Positions 44,466 to 54,333 of a stretch of 64,000 bases of DNA are shown in pieces. The translations under genes and the position numbers were made by a program. The stretch is from a bacterium (lineage in GTDB: Bacteria > Elusimicrobiota > JBDRMW01 > JBDROU01), in assembly GCA_043809745.1 (NCBI GenBank), contig JBDROU010000067.1:6515-70514 (forward strand), read 5' to 3'. Each line of letters begins with the position of its first letter. Within the stretch, counting starts at the first letter, position 1. A model generated the notes under the pieces. The model was given only the letters and a program-made list of their open reading frames with translations, did no database searches and was not told where the DNA came from.

Positions 44466-46766
44466 TTAGAATATATTTCCAATTGTAAAATAAAACTGGC
44501 TCAAATCCTCTCCTGGTTGATGATTTAATCCATAGCCCCAATCAAGTCTGATTGGAAACACGGGCGTTTTAAATCTTATTCCAAATCCAACACCGGCTTT
44601 CATATATTCATCTTGACTCCCTATTCTTAAGTCAACATCTTTTGAACTTCTCCAGGCATTTCCTACATCTAAAAAAAACGCTCCCTGAAGAATAGTCCTT
44701 CGTTTTTCTTGGACAATTGGAAACTTGTATTCTGCATTCAGAACAGCCATTACGTTCCCGCCCTCAAAAGGCCCTATTTCACCCCTGTAATCATATCCTC
44801 TTATGGAGTCCGAACCGCCTACATAGAACCTCTCAAAAATAGGAACCTCTTTTGACGGCAGAAAATGCTTAACCGCGCCGGTTTCTAAATTCAAAGAAAA
44901 AACAAACTTCCAGAAAGTAGGAAAAAACCAGGAGCTTTTCAATATCGGTTTGCAAAAATTAATATCCCCGCCAAACGGCCCTCCTGCCACCTGAACAGCA
45001 AGGCTGTTCCTGGATCCGCGCGTAGGATCAAAGACATTATCCCTTGTATCCCTTACAATCTGGGGTGTAAGACTCGAGGTCACGTCATCACTAGCACTAA
45101 TCTGATCAGCAAGGTCCTGATCAATATCAAAAACCCTAATATTTTCATAAGAATAATTAAAAAACGCGGAATAAATGTCAGAAAATCTTGGCCCAACCCT
45201 GATACCGCCTCCTCTGCGTCTTTCCCTGTATGCCGTAGGATCATCACCATACTGCCTTCTTCTAACCGTATCAAATATATCCACTCCGAAGCTAACCGGC
45301 TTATCGAAAATCCAAGGTTCTGTAAAACTTATATCGTAACTTTGCCTTCTTTCGCCAAATTCCCACATCAAATTCAGCTTCTGAGCTCTTCCAAACAGAT
45401 TTATATGAGATACAGACATAGTCCCCAATACCCCGTCAACTGATGAAAACCCGGCGCCGGCGGATAAAACCCCAGGTTTGCCTTCTGTGACTTCAAATAC
45501 CAGATCTGCTCTATCTAACGCCCTTGGCTGCTGAATATCTATCTGTACATCATCCATAAAGCCAAGATTCATAATTCTCTCAAAACTCCTTCTCACTTTA
45601 ATAGCGCTAAATGGTTCACCTTCTTTAATTAATATCTCTCTTCTTATTACCTTCTCTTTAGTTGAAAGATTACCGTCAACATAAATCCGATCTACATAAA
45701 CAACCTCATTTTCTCTAATCTCAAAAACAATATCTACTATTCCCTTTTCATCATCGGTTATTTTTTTCGCAGCCACATCAACGCGTAAATAACCCTTATT
45801 TGCGTATAATTCCTGAATATTTCTTATAGTATCCTGATAAGTCTCTTCTTTGAACAATCTATTAGTTTTTATCACAACGACATCTTTTAGCTCTTTTTCT
45901 GAATACACAGTATTACCGCTAAATTCATATGAATTAATTTTATATTTTCTGCCCTCATTTATTTCAAATTCAATAAAAAGGCCTGTTCTTTCCGCGTTGT
46001 AGCTGATTACAGGCTCTGTAATATTCACATTTAGAAATCCTCTGTTCTTGTAAAAATCATATATCTTAGCAATATCTAAATCCAAGTTTTCTTGTTTGAA
46101 AACTTTTTTCCTTTTGGTCTTCATCAATTTCTTTATTTTTTTTGTCTTATACTGAGTTACACCTACCACTTTCACTTCTTTAATCAGTATCCTGTTGCCT
46201 TCAGTTATATAAAATGTTAATACTATTCTGCTTTCTTTCTTCTCACTTTCTTTGATGAAATGCTCAACTTCTACATCTGCATACCCTTTTTCTCTATATT
46301 TATCTTTTATTTTTTCTTCGTCGCTGGATAGGGTTATAGTATCTAGGCTCTCCCCAGCTTTGGAGTCGATCTCACCCCTTAAACTTGATTTTGAAAATTT
46401 CTTATTACCTATAAAAATAATTTTCTCAATCTTTGGCTTTTCAACAACAGCAAAAATCACTCTTACAGCCGGAACTTCTCCATCATCAGTTTCTAAATCT
46501 TCAGTTTCAACTGCTACATCTTCAAAATAACCTAAATTAAATATCTTCTGCACATCTAATTTTAAAGTTTGCTCTGAAAACAAATCGCCCTTTCTGCTGT
46601 CTACCTGAGAAAGAATGGTTCGCTTCTTTATATAAGAATTTCCAGAAACCTCTATTTCCCGAATGATTTTTATTTCTTCAGCAAATAATTTTGGAAAATT
46701 CCCAAATAAAACCGCCGCGGGAATCAACAAAAATACAATTATTTTTATGGTTTTCTCGTTAAACAT
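44466..46766 (-). CDS. bamA: outer-membrane protein assembly factor BamA
   Basis: 766 aa with a signal peptide, POTRA repeats and an Omp85 barrel ending ...FYFTIGNIF. Confidence 0.95.
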   Translation of the reverse strand: MFNEKTIKIIVFLLIPAAVLFGNFPKLFAEEIKIIREIEVSGNSYIKKRTILSQVDSRKGDLFSEQTLKLDVQKIFNLGYFEDVAVETEDLETDDGEVPAVRVIFAVVEKPKIEKIIFIGNKKFSKSSLRGEIDSKAGESLDTITLSSDEEKIKDKYREKGYADVEVEHFIKESEKKESRIVLTFYITEGNRILIKEVKVVGVTQYKTKKIKKLMKTKRKKVFKQENLDLDIAKIYDFYKNRGFLNVNITEPVISYNAERTGLFIEFEINEGRKYKINSYEFSGNTVYSEKELKDVVVIKTNRLFKEETYQDTIRNIQELYANKGYLRVDVAAKKITDDEKGIVDIVFEIRENEVVYVDRIYVDGNLSTKEKVIRREILIKEGEPFSAIKVRRSFERIMNLGFMDDVQIDIQQPRALDRADLVFEVTEGKPGVLSAGAGFSSVDGVLGTMSVSHINLFGRAQKLNLMWEFGERRQSYDISFTEPWIFDKPVSFGVDIFDTVRRRQYGDDPTAYRERRRGGGIRVGPRFSDIYSAFFNYSYENIRVFDIDQDLADQISASDDVTSSLTPQIVRDTRDNVFDPTRGSRNSLAVQVAGGPFGGDINFCKPILKSSWFFPTFWKFVFSLNLETGAVKHFLPSKEVPIFERFYVGGSDSIRGYDYRGEIGPFEGGNVMAVLNAEYKFPIVQEKRRTILQGAFFLDVGNAWRSSKDVDLRIGSQDEYMKAGVGFGIRFKTPVFPIRLDWGYGLNHQPGEDLSQFYFTIGNIF

Positions 46767-46861
46767 AGATTAATATAATATTACAAATATCACTTAAAAT
46801 CAATTTATTTTTTCCAGATATTTCTACTATTATAGAAGTTTATTGAAGAAAGGCATACAAT

Positions 46862-48742
46862 CTATTTAAGTTTTTTTTTCTTCTGGCTTATAATCCCTCT
46901 GTCAGCATTTTGCACAGCAATTTTAGCCTTTTCGGCTATTAATTTTGCACCTTTACTATTTGGATTAATTATTCGTATTCTTCTCGACTCTCTCAAAGCT
47001 TTTTCGTATTCATTACTCATCAAATAAATTCGCCCCAATTGATAATGAGCAAACTCATCCCCTGTTATATCGTAAACAATAATTGTATTCCCAATATTTT
47101 TATCAATTTTATAATGTTTCAGCCAATCAAATACACCTTTTCTGTTAAAATAGAGCGATTGCAAATTAGTAATACTGATTGCCAGCAATTCCTTTAATGG
47201 GTAATCTTCCGCAATATATCTTGAATCTGTATTATCACTCAAAAGTGATTGATATTTAATACCATAGTAAGACGGATCTGCGGTACCGAAATAGCACAAA
47301 ATAACTTCACAATGATCTATTTTATCTACATAAACGGCCAATCCCTTTAGATCCTGCCCAAGATCATTATTTGAACCAAGTAAATATTTATAGCTCATTA
47401 CTGGTGATTCAACAATTTCGTTAAAATATGTAAGGTAGTTCGGATATGCATTTAAACTAGAATACACATAAAAACAACTTAAAATGACTATATATATCTT
47501 TTTAAATTTTAGCGTTTCAATGCTTTTCCAATTAACAATTCTGCTTACTAATACCAAATAGAAAGGGATAATAGGTATCAGATACTGCATACCGGTTTGT
47601 ATCCTTGAAAATGAGTTGAATAAAAAATACAACATTATTGGAGCTAACAGGAATAGCTCCTTAAAAAGCACTCTGACCCTGAAAAGCGAAAGGAATGTAA
47701 GTACCCCCAAAAGTATGCTTACTAGAGGCAGTTTCAATAAAAGCACAACCAGATAATAATGCGGCCAACCAGTAATTGAATATTCACCTATTAAAAACGA
47801 AGGGAATCCAATGTTATTTCTGTGAATAGTATTTAATATCCCCTTTAAATAAAAATCAGGCAGTGGTAACGAACTTAGAAAATAAAATAATGGCTTGTCA
47901 AATAAACTACCGGGGATTATATCTGATATTTCATTATATGATACATCTCTTAAAAAGATCGGCTCCTGAAAGAAATACCCGGCGCAAATTACTACCCATA
48001 CAATTACTAGGAATAAAATTGAATACTTCAATTTTTGCCTAAGTTGTTTTAAGTTCTTAAAATAAAACATAACCGGGACAATAATTAATAATAAAAGTAT
48101 AGCAGTAAATTTACTTATGAGTGCTAATCCACAAAACACACTCATTAGAATAAAATCCTTAGCATTAAAATCCTGCAGGAATTGATATAAATAGTACATT
48201 GATATAAAACCGAATGTAATCATAACAATATCGGTTATAATGAACCTTGAAAACGCGAGCATATTAGGTGAGAAAGAAAAAAGAAACAATGCCATTAATC
48301 CAGCTTTTGCTCCATAAAATTTTCTTGCCCATATAAATATGTATAAACCCAGTATGAGCGTTACTAAGAGTACCGGAAATCTTCCCCAAAATATGATATT
48401 ATCGGCATTTCTGTTATATCTATAAATAAAACTCTTGCCGAATAAATAATCAAGCCCTATGTTATAGTCTGTTACTTTTTCATTTTTCCTATCCAGTAAA
48501 ATATTTAAAGGAGGCAAGTTTATATCCATAAATATATGCGGCAACGAGCATATTAACCTTACAAGCGGTGTGTGTCCTAATCCATAATTAAATTTGCCTG
48601 TCATCCAATGTGTATAGCCGCATGGGAGTTGCTGTATCTCATCATATGTAGGAGATTTCTGCCGCATGCTAAAGAGGGCTTGAACAAAAAATGTTATTAG
48701 TAATATTATTACTGCAAGAATTTCTCTTCCTTTAATTCTCAT
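46862..48742 (-). CDS. ArnT/PMT_2-like GT-C membrane glycosyltransferase with C-terminal TPR-like tail
   Basis: First-loop SPTYDE motif, GRFPVLLVTLILGLYIFIWARKFYG and more than 10 TM helices. C-terminal HYQLGRIYLMSNEYEKALRESRRI is TPR-like. Confidence 0.7.
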   Translation of the reverse strand: MRIKGREILAVIILLITFFVQALFSMRQKSPTYDEIQQLPCGYTHWMTGKFNYGLGHTPLVRLICSLPHIFMDINLPPLNILLDRKNEKVTDYNIGLDYLFGKSFIYRYNRNADNIIFWGRFPVLLVTLILGLYIFIWARKFYGAKAGLMALFLFSFSPNMLAFSRFIITDIVMITFGFISMYYLYQFLQDFNAKDFILMSVFCGLALISKFTAILLLLIIVPVMFYFKNLKQLRQKLKYSILFLVIVWVVICAGYFFQEPIFLRDVSYNEISDIIPGSLFDKPLFYFLSSLPLPDFYLKGILNTIHRNNIGFPSFLIGEYSITGWPHYYLVVLLLKLPLVSILLGVLTFLSLFRVRVLFKELFLLAPIMLYFLFNSFSRIQTGMQYLIPIIPFYLVLVSRIVNWKSIETLKFKKIYIVILSCFYVYSSLNAYPNYLTYFNEIVESPVMSYKYLLGSNNDLGQDLKGLAVYVDKIDHCEVILCYFGTADPSYYGIKYQSLLSDNTDSRYIAEDYPLKELLAISITNLQSLYFNRKGVFDWLKHYKIDKNIGNTIIVYDITGDEFAHYQLGRIYLMSNEYEKALRESRRIRIINPNSKGAKLIAEKAKIAVQNADRGIISQKKKKLK

Positions 48743-48750
48743 TCATTTCC

Positions 48751-51700
48751 TTATCTAAAACGCCATTGCTTTTCAATTAGTGCCTTCTGTTCGCGTCTGT
48801 ACCCAAATCTTGTATCTAGTTCTGTAAAACCTTTGAGATACAAACTTCTTCCAAGATTATATGAAAGATTTAATTCATGTCTTAAATCCAATCTGTTTTG
48901 CAGCTCATCAACAAGCACGCTGTATTCAAGTAATATTTTTGAATTAAAATGTTTTCCCACAGTATATCTTGTGCCGAGGAATGTATCAAGCATATCATTT
49001 TTTTTAATGTCTTGCGATTTTGATTCTTCCCTATCAACCATCTCATGACTCACTGATACGGTATCGATTATCCCTATATTTCTAACTATCTTTCTGGCGA
49101 TTGGGGTTGTAAGTGTTGCATCGATAATTTGAACTATACCTCTGCGCAGAACTGTATCCTTTTCTTCCTGATTCAGGCTGCTGATATCATATCCGGTAGC
49201 TCTGATAAGGGCTTTTTCTGAATCCAAATCTGGATTATTTTTTGAAACAAATACTGGTTTTATCTCTTTCACATTAGCCCTTGGAATTGACATGCTAATG
49301 TTGTCTTCAATAGTTCGCTGTAATTGCGCATTATATTTTGAGACTGTAGTATGAGCCTTTCCTTCCAAATAAGCAATATTTTTTATATTACCTTCATTTT
49401 CTAAATCCTCAAAAGGTATTACTTCAAATAGCATCTTATCTACATCAAATTCCGTTCCAAGGTACCCCACACTGCCTTCATTAGATTCAACCCTGCCATC
49501 TACTCTTAAATTTCCCTTCTTGCCATTTATATGTATATTCCCGTCAACCTTAAGATTTGCATATTCATTTTCAAACCAGGTATTTTCTCCAGACCTAATG
49601 CTTAAATCCCAAAGCGTATTTGCTAAGATATTAGACAATATTCTATTATCTGCACTTGTTTTAAAGCCAGGATATGTAAAATAAGTATTCTCCAACTGAA
49701 TCCACCCGGCTAAAACCGGACTTTCAGAAGAACCGGTTAAATTAATCAAACATTTTGGCCTGCCTTTTGATGGTGATTCAGTAATTCTTCCAAACAGCGG
49801 TGTTGGATTAATAGATAATTCCGGGATTGTTACGGAAACGCCTGAATCTCCTGTAGTTTCAAGTTTTAGTTCGATATTATTAATCTTCAACCATCCCAGA
49901 TTCATTTTTCCGGAAATTACGGCAAATCCATTGCCTATTACTCCTGATATTTCTTTAACCTTTAGAGTATAGTCCTCCATTAAAACTGAAATCTTTAGAT
50001 CCTTAAGCTTCTTAAAATATTTTTTTGAGGTTATTGTTCCGTTCTGCGTTGTAAGATGTCCAATAAAACTTGGATTCTCGGCATCACCCCTTATTTTAAG
50101 CTTGCCCGTAAGTATTCCTTCTCCTGAGTGTATAAACGGGAAAATTGATCTAATTATAGAATAACCAAAATCTTCCAACTCCATATCAATATTTATAAGC
50201 TTATTTTTTATTTCTTCAGAAGGTGTTGATTCCGTTATATAAGGGAAACTACCTTCGAGATCAAAAAGGAATGCGCCCTGCTTAACTATTCTCATCGTAT
50301 CAACCGTAACATAGTGATCCTTCATTTTCAGCTGACAGTTTGCGTTAACAAACGGTATTTCATATATCTTGCCGATATTTATATTCATATTGGACAGTAA
50401 CTGAAGATTATTATAACTGCCGCTTAAAATATATTCCATTGTCATTTCACCATTTATAGGAACTTCAATTTTAGACAGCTCAAAGACGTCTTGAGCATCA
50501 ATACCGTTTATATTTCCCTCAATATCCAATCCTACTTCATCAAAGTATCCTTTCATATTTGCAATAAGCTGACTGTTTTTTTTCACAGCCAGATTGCGCA
50601 AATATATCCTAGGATAATTCTTGAAATCTGTAATTCCAATTACATTATACTCGGATATTTCTGTATCCAAAAATTCCAGCATATCCCCTTTTAGTTTAAG
50701 CTTAAGCAAATTATTTTCATAATTCTTCTGATTTATCCATAAATTCTTTGCTCTGGCCATAGCCTCAATTAACAATTCATCTCCTGTTTTTATAATTCCT
50801 TCTGATTCGAGCCCGCCAAATATTGTAATAGGTCCAAGATCTAAATCTCTAATGTTTGCGGCAGCATTATATTTGAATTTACCCTTTTCCAATTGTTTGA
50901 TTATTCCGCCTTGTTCAACAAATATTCTTCCATTATTAAGATTAACGCTTAATTCATCTATTATTAACTGATTATTGCTATAATCAAATGCTAACTGCCA
51001 TTTTTCAATATCCAATTTCCTATATTTCATTCCTTCCCCGGAAAGTTTACCTCGTAACTCAATATTTTTCATATTACCTGTAAATTCTAAAATACCCTTA
51101 AAATTGCCTTTTAATTCCTTAAGCGCAGGAAATCCTTTTGATAGAAGATCACAATTACATTGTTTTATAGAAATTAATAAATTTAAGCCCTGGTTGTTTG
51201 ACAGTATATTCTGATATTCTAAATTAAAAATGGTATCATAATTAATCATTACATTTGTATCAAAGATTCTTATTACCCCATGCTGTATAGTTCCCTTCCC
51301 TTTTGAGCTGATTAATAGCTCATTCCATTTATCCTGAATAAATTCGAAATTAAATTTAACCTCAGGATTCTTTAATCCACCACCAATCTCTATCGAAAAT
51401 TCAGCTGGCCCTTCTAATTTAGCTTCAATCTTTTTGGGGATTGATGGCTTAAGGAGCTCTATGTTTTTAACGTAACTGTAAAACTTACCTTTTAATGGCA
51501 CTCTTGCAGTTGAACTGAAATCTAACTCTAATTCGCCTTTTAACAGACTTCCCCAGCGTATAGTTGTGAATGCAAATTTCCTGTTCATATAATTGAATTT
51601 GCAGTCTATTCCACCGCCGTTAATACCTTGAATAATTAAATCCGGCGAATATACCTTTCCTTTATAACTTAACTCTTTTACCCTGTCAAAATCTCCGCTT

Positions 51701-54225
51701 ATATTGATCAAACCATCATATAATGTTTTATAATAATTAAAGTTGATAGCCTCCATTTTAAAACTAAAACGTCCAAAATTATATCTCAAATCCATTTCCC
51801 CGGCTAACTTTGCTGAACCTTTATCCTGATTAAAATTTAATTTATCAAATTTTAATATACCTTTCGTTAACGAGCTTTTTACTAAACAATCTTTTGCGTT
51901 TAAGCCGGGAATTACCATATCCTTTATATTAAGACACACATCCACGTCCCATGAAAGCATATCTCCGTTTTTTTCTACAAATATCTTTTTGAATTCATCC
52001 CGCACATTACCAAACAATGATTTTTCTTTTTCTAATTCAGTACTCTCTGACGGATCATAGTGAAATTTAATATTCCCATCTATAATACCCTCAAGGTTAA
52101 TATTCCCGTCAAATAAATTATTTATTGAGTCGAGATTCCCTTTATTAAAATCTATGTTTCCTTCTACAAATATATTCTTTTGTTTATTAGGGCTTCTGAT
52201 AATATCTATATTCCCGGCGCACAGATTAACTATACTAAAAGAAGGTATTTTTAAGTTTTTTCTATCATAAACAACATCCGCTTCTATTGCGACATCACCC
52301 TCATCAGTTATTACATATCTTTTTGAAATATTCTTTGCAGATACGTGCCCTATAATAAAAGGATCTTTTATAAATCCTTTTATTTTGCCAAGATATGATA
52401 TTCTCCCTTTATAATCTTTTAATGACGGGTGTATAAAAGACAGTGATTCTACGTTAATATTTTCAACAGTAAAATCAGAATCAATTTCTTCAGTAATAAA
52501 ATTAATTTGGCCTATTCCTCTTATATATTCCGTAGCGCTCAAATTAATATCTATTTCATTAAATTTCAAAATATTATTATCATAAACCGCGTCAGTATCA
52601 AACGCAAACGTATTGTCGGTATTTTTTACAGTCATCTTAATATTATTAGAATCCAAATCAAATTTGCCGGCAACTGTCCCAAATATTTTTTCACCAAATG
52701 ATAACTCAGAGAATTTTATATTACCTCTAATTTTTGGATGCAATTTGTTGCCGTACACATCCGCTGATATGTCAATTTTGCCAAATAGTTTATTCTCAGA
52801 CTCGTTTATTTTAAGTTTGCTTAAATCCATTTCCATAATCTTCAGCTCGCCAAAAGCATTATCCTTTGTTAGTGTGCCGAACAAACTTCCTTTCCCATTT
52901 AAAGTCTCGAATTTAAGATCTTCAACTATAAAATGATCGTTATCTATACTGTATTTGCCGTATAGAGAATTTACTATCAACGCTCCGAAATCGATCTGCT
53001 TTGAAGAGATTAATCCAGTCAACAATGGTTTTTCTTTTGTGCCCATCAATTGAACTGAATTATATATTTCACCTTTAGAATTTGACAATATTTTAGATAG
53101 TGCTCCTTGAGGCAGGTTTTTAACCGGCAAGCTGTTTATCCCATCCATACTCAAGTTATAAACTGCATTCCCGATGGGTTCTTTTATATAACCTTTTAAA
53201 ACAAATGATAGTGAATCTAATAATGTCACATTAAGTTCTTCTGTTTTTATTTGAGCTTCAGACAAATATATTGGTCCGTTTAACTCTGCAAGAGGCACTG
53301 ATTCTTTAGATAACACAGAAAACTTGTTAAATTCTATTTTGTTATCCCACTTTATTTTATTATCTATCTCTTTATCCTTTTTAATGTCAATTTGAGCATG
53401 TACGTTGCCATTCAATGAAAACGCATACTTATTTCTGCCTAACACATCCAAAATTTCATTTAACGCTGTTGGTAATTTTGTGTTAATATAATTTTTTAAT
53501 ATTTTCTTGATATTCTTTACGGCATCTTTACTATCAGAAACGATACAGCTTGAACTATTTAACCCTAATACTGCAGTAATCGATAATGCCTCTGCTTCAG
53601 ACTGTGTAAGGTTTATCAGGATATCCTCATTTAATTGTCCTTTTGCCAGGATGTTCAACTCATTAACACCATCCTGCGCAGAAAAAAAGCCGCTGATCTC
53701 ATTTAATGAATACAAACCATCATCAAACGCCAAAGATCCATTATTCCATGTTATATTTACTGACTTAAATCCCTTTTTTTCAGAGCTGAACTTCTTATGT
53801 ACCTCTTTTATAGTTTCAATAGTTGATTCTTTAATTGGAAATGCAGGAGAATAAAGCTCTACAGCAGCAATCATGTCCATATAATCACCAGAAAAAGATA
53901 ATATCTTCATTAGATCTATTTTAATTGCAATTTGCTCAACTTTAGCAAAATGGATATGTGAGTCATCTTTTGCATAAATCGCTATCTTATTGAAGTATAT
54001 TTTGTTGAAATAATTTGACGTTATCTTTCCAACAGTTATGTTCATCCCAGTTGTTTGATGAATTTTTTCGAAAATGAAATTATGAATTGGAACTGAGATA
54101 AGCTGTGTACGATATACTATAAGTAGAAATATTATGCTTACTATTAGTAATATTATAAATAAGCTAATAAAGCTAAATACCCTATTTATTATCTTAGTGA
54201 AAATCTTTTTTATCGGACGCGCCAT
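48751..54225 (-). CDS. tamB: TamB/AsmA-like translocation and assembly module protein (giant, 1824 aa)
   Basis: N-terminal signal-anchor helix, long beta-rich repetitive body and a C-terminal DUF490-like end (...LEYSVLVDELQNRLDLRHELNLSYNL...). Confidence 0.75.
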   Translation of the reverse strand: MARPIKKIFTKIINRVFSFISLFIILLIVSIIFLLIVYRTQLISVPIHNFIFEKIHQTTGMNITVGKITSNYFNKIYFNKIAIYAKDDSHIHFAKVEQIAIKIDLMKILSFSGDYMDMIAAVELYSPAFPIKESTIETIKEVHKKFSSEKKGFKSVNITWNNGSLAFDDGLYSLNEISGFFSAQDGVNELNILAKGQLNEDILINLTQSEAEALSITAVLGLNSSSCIVSDSKDAVKNIKKILKNYINTKLPTALNEILDVLGRNKYAFSLNGNVHAQIDIKKDKEIDNKIKWDNKIEFNKFSVLSKESVPLAELNGPIYLSEAQIKTEELNVTLLDSLSFVLKGYIKEPIGNAVYNLSMDGINSLPVKNLPQGALSKILSNSKGEIYNSVQLMGTKEKPLLTGLISSKQIDFGALIVNSLYGKYSIDNDHFIVEDLKFETLNGKGSLFGTLTKDNAFGELKIMEMDLSKLKINESENKLFGKIDISADVYGNKLHPKIRGNIKFSELSFGEKIFGTVAGKFDLDSNNIKMTVKNTDNTFAFDTDAVYDNNILKFNEIDINLSATEYIRGIGQINFITEEIDSDFTVENINVESLSFIHPSLKDYKGRISYLGKIKGFIKDPFIIGHVSAKNISKRYVITDEGDVAIEADVVYDRKNLKIPSFSIVNLCAGNIDIIRSPNKQKNIFVEGNIDFNKGNLDSINNLFDGNINLEGIIDGNIKFHYDPSESTELEKEKSLFGNVRDEFKKIFVEKNGDMLSWDVDVCLNIKDMVIPGLNAKDCLVKSSLTKGILKFDKLNFNQDKGSAKLAGEMDLRYNFGRFSFKMEAINFNYYKTLYDGLINISGDFDRVKELSYKGKVYSPDLIIQGINGGGIDCKFNYMNRKFAFTTIRWGSLLKGELELDFSSTARVPLKGKFYSYVKNIELLKPSIPKKIEAKLEGPAEFSIEIGGGLKNPEVKFNFEFIQDKWNELLISSKGKGTIQHGVIRIFDTNVMINYDTIFNLEYQNILSNNQGLNLLISIKQCNCDLLSKGFPALKELKGNFKGILEFTGNMKNIELRGKLSGEGMKYRKLDIEKWQLAFDYSNNQLIIDELSVNLNNGRIFVEQGGIIKQLEKGKFKYNAAANIRDLDLGPITIFGGLESEGIIKTGDELLIEAMARAKNLWINQKNYENNLLKLKLKGDMLEFLDTEISEYNVIGITDFKNYPRIYLRNLAVKKNSQLIANMKGYFDEVGLDIEGNINGIDAQDVFELSKIEVPINGEMTMEYILSGSYNNLQLLSNMNINIGKIYEIPFVNANCQLKMKDHYVTVDTMRIVKQGAFLFDLEGSFPYITESTPSEEIKNKLINIDMELEDFGYSIIRSIFPFIHSGEGILTGKLKIRGDAENPSFIGHLTTQNGTITSKKYFKKLKDLKISVLMEDYTLKVKEISGVIGNGFAVISGKMNLGWLKINNIELKLETTGDSGVSVTIPELSINPTPLFGRITESPSKGRPKCLINLTGSSESPVLAGWIQLENTYFTYPGFKTSADNRILSNILANTLWDLSIRSGENTWFENEYANLKVDGNIHINGKKGNLRVDGRVESNEGSVGYLGTEFDVDKMLFEVIPFEDLENEGNIKNIAYLEGKAHTTVSKYNAQLQRTIEDNISMSIPRANVKEIKPVFVSKNNPDLDSEKALIRATGYDISSLNQEEKDTVLRRGIVQIIDATLTTPIARKIVRNIGIIDTVSVSHEMVDREESKSQDIKKNDMLDTFLGTRYTVGKHFNSKILLEYSVLVDELQNRLDLRHELNLSYNLGRSLYLKGFTELDTRFGYRREQKALIEKQWRFR

Positions 54226-54333
54226 AAGCTAAATTATAAACAATTATTGAAACCAAGTATAGGGGCAGGGACTTTGTGCAGTTAATTAAGCTTTAAGCTG
54301 CACACAACAATCGAATAACTGAAATGAAGCTCC

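Noticed and set aside
54275-54304. Hairpin TGTGCAG-N16-CTGCACA between clpC and tamB, considered as the clpC terminator.
   Set aside because: No U-tract follows it on the transcribed strand and the loop is long (16 nt). It is not convincing as an intrinsic terminator and may be a weak structure or a protein-binding site.
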